Virus record (IMG/VR): IMGVR_UViG_3300022468_000772
Span: 86,224-150,223 of that record
Reading direction: 5' to 3' (one strand)
Length of the DNA stretch: 64,000 nucleotides
Source: a virus
Taxonomy: Duplodnaviria; Heunggongvirae; Uroviricota; Caudoviricetes
Positions 19,243 through 28,118 of this stretch are shown piece after piece. Position numbers and translations under genes: made by a program. Within the stretch, counting starts at the first letter, position 1. The number at the start of each line of letters is the position of its first letter. The notes under the pieces are model-generated. The model worked only from the letters and a program-made list of their open reading frames with translations, did not search any database and was not told the DNA's origin.

Positions 19243-21183
19243 ATGTCCCTGTTACTTGCAGGGTCGCAAGGCGGATCAGGTTCTGCAGTTAACGGGAACC
19301 TATCTGGTTTTGAGAGTGGAATAGATGTTTCGGCAATTGCGGGTAATACTTCAATTGCCGGTTCTTTTTCTGCAACTGAATCTGGTGTCGATTCGTCATC
19401 AATATCTGCGACTCTTTTAATATCATCTACAAGTTTCTCTGCATCCGAAATTGGTTCGGATAGTTTAACTGCGTCTGTTGCATTGATAGTTGCTGGTAGC
19501 ACAGTATTGACGGAAACTGGCAACGACACTGCGGTAATTTCTGCTAATGCAACAGCAACTGCATCAATTGCTATAAATGAAACTGGTTTGGACACAACAT
19601 CCGGTTCTGGTGTTGCTAACATTACTGGATCATTGATTTCAACAGACACTAATGATACTGCGACAATTTCCGGTGTGGTTCCTATTGTAGCAAATTTGGC
19701 TTCAAATGAAGCAGGAAATGATACACTTGCAGCTACAGGTTCGGTATTGATTTCTGCGTCATTGGCTGTATCCGAAGTTGGTTCTGATTCAGTATTAATG
19801 AGTGGTTCTGTTCCTGTCTCGGCTACTTTGGTAGCAACTGAAACAGGTAACGACACAATTTTTATTTCTGCTTCTCAAGTAGCTGTAGGTGTATTTTCTT
19901 CAAGTGAAACTGGTACTGATACTGTTACATCATCTGGTAATGTCATCATTGTGGGAACAATTACATCTAATGAAACTGGTGTTGATATCAGCACAATTTC
20001 TGGTGGTGTTTTAGTTACAGGTTCCGAAATTGGTATTGAAATTGGTAATGACACTGCAGCTTCTGGCGGATATGTTACTGCTACAGCTAGTGGAAATTGG
20101 CTTGAAACTGGTTCTGATAGTGCTGCTTCAAGTGGTGTGGTATTAGCACTTGGTAATATACTGACTAATGAAATCGGAAGTGATGTTGCAGCATTTTCTG
20201 GCTCCACTTCACCGGTAGATCGATTCGGTACAATGATCAGTAATGAATCTGGTGTTGACACTGCAGTTTCTACTGGTCTGGTATTTGTTTCTGGTTCTGC
20301 GGCTGGTACTGAAACTGACAGTGATTTGTTTGGTGTGACTGGCTCGGTAACTCCTGTTGGTTCGATGATTGCTACTGAAACCGGTAGTGACACATCAACT
20401 TTAATTGGCGTGGTTCCTGTGTCAGGAAATATCAATCAACTTGAAAGTGCTATTGATACACTTATTATTTCTGGTTCAGCTTTAGTCTCTGTTTCTTTTG
20501 CAGGTATTGAGACTGGCAATGATGCTATATTTGGTAATGGTAATGCATTTGTATTAGCATCAGCTTTCTTAAATGAAACAGGTACTGATACAATTAGTTC
20601 TTTTGGTGGTGTTTCTATCACCAGTAGCGGTTCGATGACAGAGATTGGTTCTGATTCCATTGCGTCATCTGGTTATTCTGTTTCATCTGGTTCTGTTGGT
20701 GCCGTTGAATCTGGCTCTGATTCTTCTGGAATTATTGGTGTTGTTTATACTGTTGGCAATTTGAGTGCTACTGAAACTGGTAGCGACACATTTAGCTTGT
20801 CAGGCACATTTACACCAATCAATGGTACAATTGTTGCAGTTTCTAACGGTGTTGATGGTTTTGTTTCCGTTGGAAATTCCAGAGTCTCAATTACTGCACT
20901 TATTCAAGAGTCTGCAAATGACAGTTTTTACTGCGAAGGAACATCTGGTAACTCAGGCAGAATGGAAGTCATCGAAAGTTCTGATACAATATCACCTTTG
21001 GAGTTGGCGGATGCCTACTACAGGGATGGTAGATCGATGACGATCAATAAATACATAGCAGGCGCGGGTAAGGTTTCTGGTGTTACTGGAACTCCCCACA
21101 CACCACAGATACAGCAGATTTTGGATGATATTTTCGAAGACCCAAGATCGTTTACCCCGAAGAAATATATAGGATTGAAATGA
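19243..21183 (+). CDS. tandem-repeat fibrous protein (about 27 copies of a 22-23-aa unit E-T/S-G-x-D-T/S)
   Basis: Units such as ETGNDTAVISANATATASIAIN and ETGSDSAASSGVVLALGNILTN repeat from about aa 40 to 540, then a unique C-terminal domain. Confidence 0.5.
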   Translation: MSLLLAGSQGGSGSAVNGNLSGFESGIDVSAIAGNTSIAGSFSATESGVDSSSISATLLISSTSFSASEIGSDSLTASVALIVAGSTVLTETGNDTAVISANATATASIAINETGLDTTSGSGVANITGSLISTDTNDTATISGVVPIVANLASNEAGNDTLAATGSVLISASLAVSEVGSDSVLMSGSVPVSATLVATETGNDTIFISASQVAVGVFSSSETGTDTVTSSGNVIIVGTITSNETGVDISTISGGVLVTGSEIGIEIGNDTAASGGYVTATASGNWLETGSDSAASSGVVLALGNILTNEIGSDVAAFSGSTSPVDRFGTMISNESGVDTAVSTGLVFVSGSAAGTETDSDLFGVTGSVTPVGSMIATETGSDTSTLIGVVPVSGNINQLESAIDTLIISGSALVSVSFAGIETGNDAIFGNGNAFVLASAFLNETGTDTISSFGGVSITSSGSMTEIGSDSIASSGYSVSSGSVGAVESGSDSSGIIGVVYTVGNLSATETGSDTFSLSGTFTPINGTIVAVSNGVDGFVSVGNSRVSITALIQESANDSFYCEGTSGNSGRMEVIESSDTISPLELADAYYRDGRSMTINKYIAGAGKVSGVTGTPHTPQIQQILDDIFEDPRSFTPKKYIGLK

Positions 21184-22046
21184 CAGTAATTAAAACAGTA
21201 ACAGAAGCATACATGCAAATGTATCAGATTATTTCTGAGGAACTACACCCAGAAATTAAATCTATTCTCGATTCTGAGAGTATTCCTACACATCAAATCT
21301 TCAAATCAGTTTCTAAGAAATTGAGTGATTTGGGTAAACAAGGTCAAGACTCTGGTATCGAGAATAGTAAGCCTAAGAAAGGTTCCTCTCGTGCTGTCTA
21401 CTTCCCAAAGGATCATAAAGAAATTACAGTTGATGGTACTAAGACCAAGACTCCAACTGCAATTAAAATTGCCTTTGAAGGTCAATTGGATAAACATCAC
21501 GGCGAAGATACTTTGTTAGGTCAGGATCAAAACCGTCTTGAATCTGATCATTACATCAATCGCCATTATGGTGTTTTGGGTCATGATGAAAATGGCAACT
21601 TCAAAACAAATCATGATGGTGTTTTGGCTCCAGTATTTGAATCACATGCAGAAGGTCATCATCTGGAAATGGGCCGAGTTGAAAAGTACAACGCTAAAGA
21701 CTTGGCTAACCATACAAAGAATAAAGAATTTCCAAAGGGTTTGACACATCATCAAATCATTGATTCAATGGAGTATGAACATAAGTGCGCTCATGGTCAG
21801 CATGCATTAGAACCAAAAGATCACGACAAGGTTATTGAACATCCATATGTCAGTAACATGGTTAGCATGATGCATGATTCGGGAATGCATCCGGGCGATC
21901 TTGATCCACGAAATATGGGTGTGTATGTTCACCCTGTAACTGGTCATCGTCATCCTGTTATTATCGACTATGGTTTCTCGAACGATATTGCCAAAAAATA
22001 TCGCAAAGCTCGCCATAATATGGCTTTCGGTAAAAATAACTGGTAA
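21180..22046 (+). CDS. His-rich protein-kinase-like fold protein
   Basis: GSSRAVYF (Gly loop), TAIKIAFEG (beta3 Lys), MHPGDLDPRNMGV (HxDxxxxN catalytic loop), IIDYGFS (DFG-like); His-rich insert. Confidence 0.35.
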   Translation: MTVIKTVTEAYMQMYQIISEELHPEIKSILDSESIPTHQIFKSVSKKLSDLGKQGQDSGIENSKPKKGSSRAVYFPKDHKEITVDGTKTKTPTAIKIAFEGQLDKHHGEDTLLGQDQNRLESDHYINRHYGVLGHDENGNFKTNHDGVLAPVFESHAEGHHLEMGRVEKYNAKDLANHTKNKEFPKGLTHHQIIDSMEYEHKCAHGQHALEPKDHDKVIEHPYVSNMVSMMHDSGMHPGDLDPRNMGVYVHPVTGHRHPVIIDYGFSNDIAKKYRKARHNMAFGKNNW

Positions 22047-22330
22047 TGAGCGCAGTAGCGTTACTGACATCAATTTGTACAGGTCATGGTGGGTTTCCAC
22101 CTAGACTTGCTACATCTGCATCCACTAATACTTTCATAGAAGGTATCGGTGTGCATTGTGTCGGTGATACATGGGCTGAACATAGTGATGGTCATTCATC
22201 ACATTCTTCTGTACTGGCTACAGGATCGCCCAAAACGTTCCTCAAAGGGCTTCCAATAGGTCGGGTAGGGGATGCTATAGCATGTGGTAGTTTAGTGGCT
22301 ACAGGAGCCAATAGGACAGAAATAGGATGA
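22046..22330 (+). CDS. PAAR-repeat spike-tip protein (T4 gp5.4-like)
   Basis: GIGVHCVGDTWAEH ... LKGLPIGRVGDAIACGS ... ATGANRTEIG: three PAAR-like (K/L)P(A/I)(A/G)RVGD units in 94 aa. Confidence 0.6.
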   Translation: MSAVALLTSICTGHGGFPPRLATSASTNTFIEGIGVHCVGDTWAEHSDGHSSHSSVLATGSPKTFLKGLPIGRVGDAIACGSLVATGANRTEIG

Positions 22331-23031
22331 CTAATTTAGTTTTAGAAGCGATGCGCGACGGTGGATTGTATAATCCTATTCGATCCGCAGTAACAAGTAA
22401 ATTGGGTTCATTTAGTATTCCAAGTGTTTCGGAATTACAAACCTTGGCTACAGGACAGAATTTGATTACAGGTTTACCAGTTCCACCTGCACCGGAGATT
22501 ACTGCAGCGCAAGAGGCTATTGTAAACTCATATAACAAAATCAATGAATTACTTGGTCATACGGATCGTCTGTCCGGTGTTGATTTGACAGGAAACACCA
22601 CTCTGGCAACGATTGCGAAGACTATGGGTGCAGCGCGTAACGCAAACGGTGAATTAAGTTGTAGCAGCGTTTTAGCAGCTTTTGGCGCACTTAATAAAGC
22701 AACTGAGTTTATCAAGAAAATCGAAGACTACATTCAGATGGTTGAAGACTTCAAACAGAATGTCGCTGCTAAAATTGTTGAAACTGTTGTTGGTGCTACC
22801 GCATTGGCTGCAGCCATAACCGAACAAATTGCTAACGATGTTGGTGCTTATGCGGCAGCACAGGTAAGACTGGCTGAAGAGTTTGTTGCAAATTCAATCG
22901 CATCACTTGTGCAGGATGAATGCACTGGTGCCATTCTAACAAATATCATGACGCAACAAATGAAAAATGTTGTTAATACACAAATTGAACAAACTGCTAC
23001 GGAATTAAGGAAAGCAAGATATGGATACTAA
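22327..23031 (+). CDS. hypothetical protein (Ala-rich, helical)
   Basis: 234-aa ORF overlapping the PAAR gene by ATGA. Confidence 0.4.
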   Translation: MTNLVLEAMRDGGLYNPIRSAVTSKLGSFSIPSVSELQTLATGQNLITGLPVPPAPEITAAQEAIVNSYNKINELLGHTDRLSGVDLTGNTTLATIAKTMGAARNANGELSCSSVLAAFGALNKATEFIKKIEDYIQMVEDFKQNVAAKIVETVVGATALAAAITEQIANDVGAYAAAQVRLAEEFVANSIASLVQDECTGAILTNIMTQQMKNVVNTQIEQTATELRKARYGY

Positions 23032-23353
23032 AGAAAAAGTCTTTCAGCGATTGGATCAAATCAAAGAAGAATGGGTTGGATTGGATCGCAATCCTGATGC
23101 AGAGACTGTCGCCCGTAACGATAAACTGCGTGATATATGGAAGAAAACTCTTTCAATGTCTCATGGTGAATACATGAAGAAAATGTCTCAACAAGCGAAT
23201 GCAAAAGACCCAAGTTCACATGCAGCTAAGGCTTTGCGAAGTGTTGTTGATCAGCATGAGGAAAACCCAGATGCTGATGCCGAAAACAAAAAGAAAGTTG
23301 CAAAAGGGTTAAAAGATGGCTCTCTTTCCCCTAAGCAAAACGTATATCAATAA
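23021..23353 (+). CDS. hypothetical protein
   Basis: 110-aa ORF, K/D/E-rich. Confidence 0.35.
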   Translation: MDTKEKVFQRLDQIKEEWVGLDRNPDAETVARNDKLRDIWKKTLSMSHGEYMKKMSQQANAKDPSSHAAKALRSVVDQHEENPDADAENKKKVAKGLKDGSLSPKQNVYQ

Positions 23354-23514
23354 AGAGGTTTGAACTTTTCGGAGTTCATAACCACCTTCTGGCCTTCTTG
23401 GAGATTGTGCATGTACTGTGCATACAACAAGAAGGCTTCATGCATTTTGGATTCAGGATATGTTGTTGTTACGGAATCTTTTTTGTTGAAGTGCAGGGTT
23501 ACAGAGATTTCCAT
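23347..23514 (-). CDS. small hypothetical protein (55 aa)
   Basis: ATG 7 nt after RBS AAAGGTG, directly downstream of a conserved promoter/leader copy; below the 60-aa ORF cutoff. Confidence 0.35.
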   Translation of the reverse strand: MEISVTLHFNKKDSVTTTYPESKMHEAFLLYAQYMHNLQEGQKVVMNSEKFKPLY

Positions 23515-23520
23515 TTGAAT

Positions 23521-23556
23521 CACCTTTTGAATTTCGATGATTGAATTATAGCACAG
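23521..23556 (-). promoter_or_regulatory. early promoter plus conserved leader motif (copy)
   Basis: rc: CTGTGCTATAATTCAATCATCGAAATTCAAAAGGTG. Confidence 0.5.
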
Positions 23557-23559
23557 TTT

Positions 23560-25194
23560 TTAAGAAAACAACCACTTTATAAATGGGTCGCCACCACCGC
23601 CGAATTTATTCAAATCCAGTTCATGTGGTTTTAAATCAATAGAATCTCTTCCATCATCAATAAAGCCAAATGGCAGCATGTTTTCATCAATGTATTGCTC
23701 TGTCCTTTTAGCCAGAATTGCTCGAATGTTTGTATCGGTCAATTCGGCAAAAAGAGGCTGCTTTGTCAACCAAGCAAACAACCACAAACAGGTCATCAAA
23801 TCATCGTTAATTTGTTCGTCTTCGGCAGCATATGATGCACCTTTCTGAGCGAAAACACCAAACTCTTGCAGAATTTTGTGGGAGTTGATAATCATCTGAT
23901 CCAGTTCGACAAGACCTTTCAAAGTTGCGCAGCCGATTGATTTAACTTTCTTTGTGGTACGAACGCCCGGATACCCTCTCCCCTCATTCAGAACATCCTT
24001 GTACGTGAAATACAAATTCTCATACTCAAACTCGTAGAACAAATTCGAAGAAACCATCTCACCTAGATCATTCACTTCGATCAACACATATGCATCATTA
24101 TAGCTCTTCGCCACGGTGTAAATCAGATACGGATAGCTCTCAGGTGAAATTTCGTTATCCTTGTAGATAGCAACAATCTTATATGGAATTGTAGTGATAT
24201 CGAACACCACAAACGCAGAATAATCCAAGTGGCGACCACGTGAAGTATCCACTGTAATAACGTAGCTATGACCTTTTTGAGGCTGTTCGAAATACTCCAA
24301 TTTATCCTTTACGAAAATTGGTTCTTGTGTTGTCAAACGAGTTAGTGTAGCACCATTCAAAAGTGTTTTACTCGAACCTTGGAACTGGCATTCAACTTCC
24401 TGCAAATACTTCAATTCACCCAATGTCTGAAGCTGATCCACACGCCATTTTTCATCACGTGTTGGGTTCTCATACCACTCAGCAGCAACAGGGAAAAATC
24501 CGTTGGTACCTTTCTCGGCTTCGACCCACATTTTGTGATAGTGGTTCAAACCTTTAGGGGTTGATGACAGATATATACGGGTGTCTTTACCAGACGAAAT
24601 TGTAGGGAAAACGGATGTGAAGAATTCTTCCGCAATGTTTGGCGGAATGAAGGCTGTTTCATCGATATACAGGGCAGATACGGAGAAACCACGGATCGCG
24701 TTTGGAGAGGTTGCTGCAGTGATGATGCCGCTACCGTTGGAGAGTTCGATGGAGCCTTTGTTCCACTCTTTCACGCCGGGCTGCATCCAGAATGGTAAAT
24801 TCTCATACGAGAATTGGATACGACTCAAAATTTCACGCGCCACCGCAGCCTTGTTAGCCATGATACCGACCAACTTCACATCATTGAAAATAATGAACCA
24901 CAGGAAGAATGCTGCAGTCGTTTGTGTCTTACCTTGCTGGCGACCAATCTTACAGATCACTTTACGGTTATTCACATAAGCGTCAATAATTCGCTCTTGG
25001 AATGGATACAACTGGAAAGGGATAACCCCACGATCCACGTGTACGATTTTTACATAGGTCTTGATAAAGTAAATTGGATCAGCAGCACATTTAGCCCATT
25101 CATCTAATTGCCATTGTGTGTAGTTCATGACTACGCCATGGTTCTTTAAATTCTTGTTGCCGTTGTAATATAAATTTTGATTCTGAGTTGCCAT
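23560..25194 (-). CDS. 17: terminase large subunit
   Basis: Collinear with T4 gp17: EWAKCAADPIYFIKTY, Walker A GRQQGKTQT, YIDETAF, nuclease-domain VDTSRGRHLDYSAFVVFD; start at the M of MATQNQ. Confidence 0.88.
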   Translation of the reverse strand: MATQNQNLYYNGNKNLKNHGVVMNYTQWQLDEWAKCAADPIYFIKTYVKIVHVDRGVIPFQLYPFQERIIDAYVNNRKVICKIGRQQGKTQTTAAFFLWFIIFNDVKLVGIMANKAAVAREILSRIQFSYENLPFWMQPGVKEWNKGSIELSNGSGIITAATSPNAIRGFSVSALYIDETAFIPPNIAEEFFTSVFPTISSGKDTRIYLSSTPKGLNHYHKMWVEAEKGTNGFFPVAAEWYENPTRDEKWRVDQLQTLGELKYLQEVECQFQGSSKTLLNGATLTRLTTQEPIFVKDKLEYFEQPQKGHSYVITVDTSRGRHLDYSAFVVFDITTIPYKIVAIYKDNEISPESYPYLIYTVAKSYNDAYVLIEVNDLGEMVSSNLFYEFEYENLYFTYKDVLNEGRGYPGVRTTKKVKSIGCATLKGLVELDQMIINSHKILQEFGVFAQKGASYAAEDEQINDDLMTCLWLFAWLTKQPLFAELTDTNIRAILAKRTEQYIDENMLPFGFIDDGRDSIDLKPHELDLNKFGGGGDPFIKWLFS

Positions 25195-25195
25195 A

Positions 25196-25230
25196 AAAAA
25201 AGCCCCGAGGCTTTCGACCAAGGGGCTTAC
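25196..25230 (-). terminator. rho-independent terminator after gene 32
   Basis: Minus strand: AGCCCC...GGGGCT stem followed by TTTTTTT. Confidence 0.5.
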
Positions 25231-25257
25231 ATAGTGAAAGTTAATAGTATTTAACTA

Positions 25258-26232
25258 TTAATCCTCAATCAGCGATTTAAAAAACTCGTCGTCATCACCA
25301 GCATCAGACATTGTTGGTACAGGTGGAGCCGACTTAGCTTTGGCAGGAGTTTCCTTAGCCTTAGATGGTGCTTCAGAGGCTTGTTTTGCAAGCCCTTCCA
25401 TTTCATCCAAAACGCCTTCTACGCCTTTTTCTTCAGGTGCAGCAGCCTTGGCCTTACCTTTACCTTTAGGATTGGATGCTACCTCTCCAGTGACCACCAG
25501 ATAACGTTGCTTCAGGTCATCGTAAGACTTGAATTTATCAGGTGCGATTTCAAGGTTAATGTCATACAGACCCTTGAACAATTCTTCAATCTTATCTTCA
25601 TCGCCTTCAAACAAAGGCTTACGCTTCAGGAATGTAGAACCGTCAAAGTTAGGAAACTTTTCAACGATGGTTTGCTTCAGAGAGAATGCAGCACCTTCGT
25701 AAGGATCGAAAGCATTAACTGCTTCAGCGGTTTCCATTTCTCCATCTTCGTTTTCTACAGCTTCAGGTTTAGCTGCGGCAACGATCTTGTCAAAAATAGT
25801 TTTGCCATATTTGAACAAGAAGACCTTACCGTTATTTTCTGGGTTTGCAGGGTCTTTCACAACCAGAATGTTGGAAATGTATTGCAGCTTACGCTTTTGA
25901 CGCTGAACAATTTTCTTGTTTGCATCAATACCAGTGTTCCAAAGCTCACGGTTCACTTCCGCAATGTAATCGGTTTCACCAATCGTGGAGAGAGAATTTT
26001 CGATATACCATTGTTGGGTACTTGGGTCTTTGAACGCATGGGAGTACATACGCACAAATGGGAAGTCTTCGATATTTTTAGAAGGCAAAAATCGGATAAT
26101 AGCAGAACCATTTCCTTCTTTGTCTTTGGTCAATTTCCAATAATTTTTAGAGTCTTCACTGTAATCCTTTTTCGCATTGACAGTATCAATTTGAGAAAGC
26201 AAAGAAGCGAAGTTCATTCCGAATTTAGACAT
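25258..26232 (-). CDS. 32: single-stranded DNA-binding protein
   Basis: [22 protein letters not shown] aligns with T4 gp32 [41 protein letters not shown] aligns with [19 protein letters not shown]; acidic C-tail. Confidence 0.92.
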   Translation of the reverse strand: [324 protein letters not shown]

Positions 26233-26300
26233 GTAATATTTCCTTAATGTATGTAGTATTAAAAAGTATGTTTAAGTGCCGGTACAATACATACCGGTCA
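26233..26300 (-). promoter_or_regulatory. gene 32 5' leader: hairpin plus AU-rich unstructured tract (candidate gp32 autoregulatory operator)
   Basis: mRNA: GACCGGUAUGUAUUGUACCGGC hairpin, then ACUUAAACAUACUUUUUAAUACUACAUACAUUAAGGAAAUAUUAC AUG. Confidence 0.35.
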
Positions 26301-26373
26301 CATGTATTTATGGGTAAAAATTTCCCCACAAATTAGTTTACTATTGACCTTTTATTTGTCAACAGTGATACAA

Positions 26374-26856
26374 TCACAAAGGTGGATTGCTCAATTCAGT
26401 AACGTCGATACCAACAAAGTTTGATAGGTCAGCTTTGTAATATGTGTCTGGGTTCTTTGCGATCTTGCCATTTGCATCAAAGACAGCCTTACCATCTTTG
26501 AATTTGGAATAGTTAGAGCCATTGATTTCATTCAGGCCACCGACGATATCCATACCTTGCAAGAAACCGGTACCGGATGCAGTAACGATTTGATCAACCA
26601 TGGCGTCAAGGAATTCCTTACGATCAGTGATAATAAATCCAGTTGCATTTTTCTTCAAGTGGTCGGCAATTCCAGTCAGCAAATCAATAGCTTGTGCGAT
26701 CTGGGTATCCACACCTTGAACGCGAATTGTTTCAAGCATTTCGACAAATTCTTCAACATGTACACCGAGTTGCACAGCTTGTTTTTTCTTGGTGATGGTT
26801 GATTGTGGGATTGCTTCTGCAAACCAGTTGATGGTGTTGAGTAGGGTGTTGGTCAT
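26374..26856 (-). CDS. MazG-like all-alpha nucleoside triphosphate pyrophosphohydrolase (possibly dCTPase-type)
   Basis: HVEEFVEMLE (EExxE) and AIDLLTGIADHL resemble MazG/HisE motifs; start at the M of MTNTLL. Confidence 0.35.
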   Translation of the reverse strand: MTNTLLNTINWFAEAIPQSTITKKKQAVQLGVHVEEFVEMLETIRVQGVDTQIAQAIDLLTGIADHLKKNATGFIITDRKEFLDAMVDQIVTASGTGFLQGMDIVGGLNEINGSNYSKFKDGKAVFDANGKIAKNPDTYYKADLSNFVGIDVTELSNPPL

Positions 26857-26863
26857 AATTTCC

Positions 26864-27097
26864 TTAGTTAAAGTTAAAGTTAGCCATATCAGAATAATCC
26901 TGATGCAGCAGAGGGGAATCGAAAGGGATATTTGTGAGTTCAACCGCTTCAGATTCAGTTCTAACGCTATGAAACGGTACTCGGGTATGATCTGTCCTAT
27001 TGAAGACAGAAAGGGCGTCTGGAAGGGTTTCACCCTCTTCCAGAGCATAATATGTTGTGTGAGTTTCTTTTACTACAATCGTGCGTACTTCATTCAT
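26864..27097 (-). CDS. hypothetical protein
   Basis: 77-aa ORF filling the gap in the minus-strand array. Confidence 0.35.
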   Translation of the reverse strand: MNEVRTIVVKETHTTYYALEEGETLPDALSVFNRTDHTRVPFHSVRTESEAVELTNIPFDSPLLHQDYSDMANFNFN

Positions 27098-27100
27098 TAA

Positions 27101-27385
27101 TCAAAAATTTCTTGGCAGTTGCCACCCTGTCACAGTAAACTGTGTAGCAGGGTCTTCTTCAAAGCAAAGACCTTTTGATTCTAAGTATGCTTGATTTTCG
27201 AGAGCGAGGTTAATAATAGCAGATGATACATCAAGAGGAAATCCTTGTCGAGTACCATCACGAGTATCACCCATAAGATGTTCCAGATATTCCTTTAGTC
27301 TAACAGTTCCCCACGACATGTCAACAAATTGCTGAATCTTGGGGTACTTGTCCAGTTTGACAAGCAAATGAGCAGGTGCAAACAT
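27101..27385 (-). CDS. hypothetical protein
   Basis: 94-aa ORF. Confidence 0.4.
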   Translation of the reverse strand: MFAPAHLLVKLDKYPKIQQFVDMSWGTVRLKEYLEHLMGDTRDGTRQGFPLDVSSAIINLALENQAYLESKGLCFEEDPATQFTVTGWQLPRNF

Positions 27386-27386
27386 T

Positions 27387-27767
27387 TCAGGTAAAGATTT
27401 CTTTCACTGTAAATGGAGCTAGACCCGACCAATCACGTTCTAGGTGCTGGATATATTCTTGCGATGGAACATCATTTTCAATAATTTGACCATAGAAACT
27501 TTTTGACTTTGGTACAAATGTATATGGTATACCGTCGCGATCAAGAATAACCCAACCAACAAGAGTGGTTTTATTGGATTCTCTCAGTTCTTCAATTTCT
27601 GCCTGCAATTCTTTCACCTTACCAATCGCAATGATAACATCAGCCAGAGTTTTAGAGAAATTTATGCCTTTGGCAAAAGAACCAGCTTTTACATTGTTTT
27701 CTAAGCATTCCGCAGATTTTTCCAGCGTAGCGATTAGAAAACTTAATATTTCTTTTTTATTTCCCAT
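27387..27767 (-). CDS. hypothetical protein
   Basis: 126-aa ORF; TAATG coupling with the upstream small ORF. Confidence 0.4.
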   Translation of the reverse strand: MGNKKEILSFLIATLEKSAECLENNVKAGSFAKGINFSKTLADVIIAIGKVKELQAEIEELRESNKTTLVGWVILDRDGIPYTFVPKSKSFYGQIIENDVPSQEYIQHLERDWSGLAPFTVKEIFT

Positions 27768-27943
27768 TACCGAGGCTGTGCCAAACGTGTACGCATGTTC
27801 GAAGGGTGCAGCAGGTATTTAGAACCCATAGCTTTCTTTGCTTCTTCAACACGCGCACGGTTGCGTTCCTGCAGTTCCTTCAAAGAGTCTGTATTGATAT
27901 TCACGTTAACATATTCGCCAAATGCATTGTAAAGAGTGATCAT
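27767..27943 (-). CDS. small hypothetical protein (58 aa)
   Basis: MITLYNAFGEYVNVNIN...; stop overlaps the downstream ATG. Confidence 0.3.
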   Translation of the reverse strand: MITLYNAFGEYVNVNINTDSLKELQERNRARVEEAKKAMGSKYLLHPSNMRTRLAQPR

Positions 27944-27965
27944 TTTGATTTCCTATCTAAAGTTA

Positions 27966-28115
27966 TTACCAGTGTCGGATGACGCCTGCTACGATTACCA
28001 AGTTAGTGATTATACTCGAAATAACAATGACTGAACGAATTGTTGCAATTTTATTTGCTTCGGAGTCATTGTTACCAGACTTCTCACCTAGGGCTTTCGC
28101 CCATAGTCTCCACAT
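27966..28115 (-). CDS. small C-terminally membrane-anchored protein (about 49 aa; coordinates approximate)
   Basis: MWRLWAKALGEKSGNNDSEANKIATIRSVIVISSIITNLVIVAGVIRHW; its ATG sits 4 nt after the vWA gene stop. Confidence 0.3.
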   Translation of the reverse strand: MWRLWAKALGEKSGNNDSEANKIATIRSVIVISSIITNLVIVAGVIRHW

Positions 28116-28118
28116 CGA

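Noticed and set aside
19200-20660. Long minus-strand ORFs (218, 186 and 74 aa) antisense to the tandem-repeat fibre gene
   Set aside because: These are artefacts of the codon-periodic repeat; the plus-strand frame has the consistent E-T-G-x-D-T unit and operon context.
19330-20850. Possible CRISPR-like array suggested by about 27 regular direct repeats of 66-69 nt
   Set aside because: Repeats are degenerate, in-frame and coding, with no unique spacers; this is a protein tandem repeat, not CRISPR.
25381-26247. 288-aa plus-strand ORF opposite gene 32
   Set aside because: Gene 32 identity on the minus strand is unambiguous; the plus frame is Phe/Leu-rich noise.
4490-26320. T4-type late promoter TATAAATA upstream of structural genes
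   Set aside because: Only CATAAATA-like variants near 4494, 9537 and 26310 and none before the fibre-gene starts; too weak to call late promoters.
26789-27100. 103-aa plus-strand ORF with a TTG start
   Set aside because: Antisense to minus-strand ORFs in a uniformly minus-strand region; non-ATG start.
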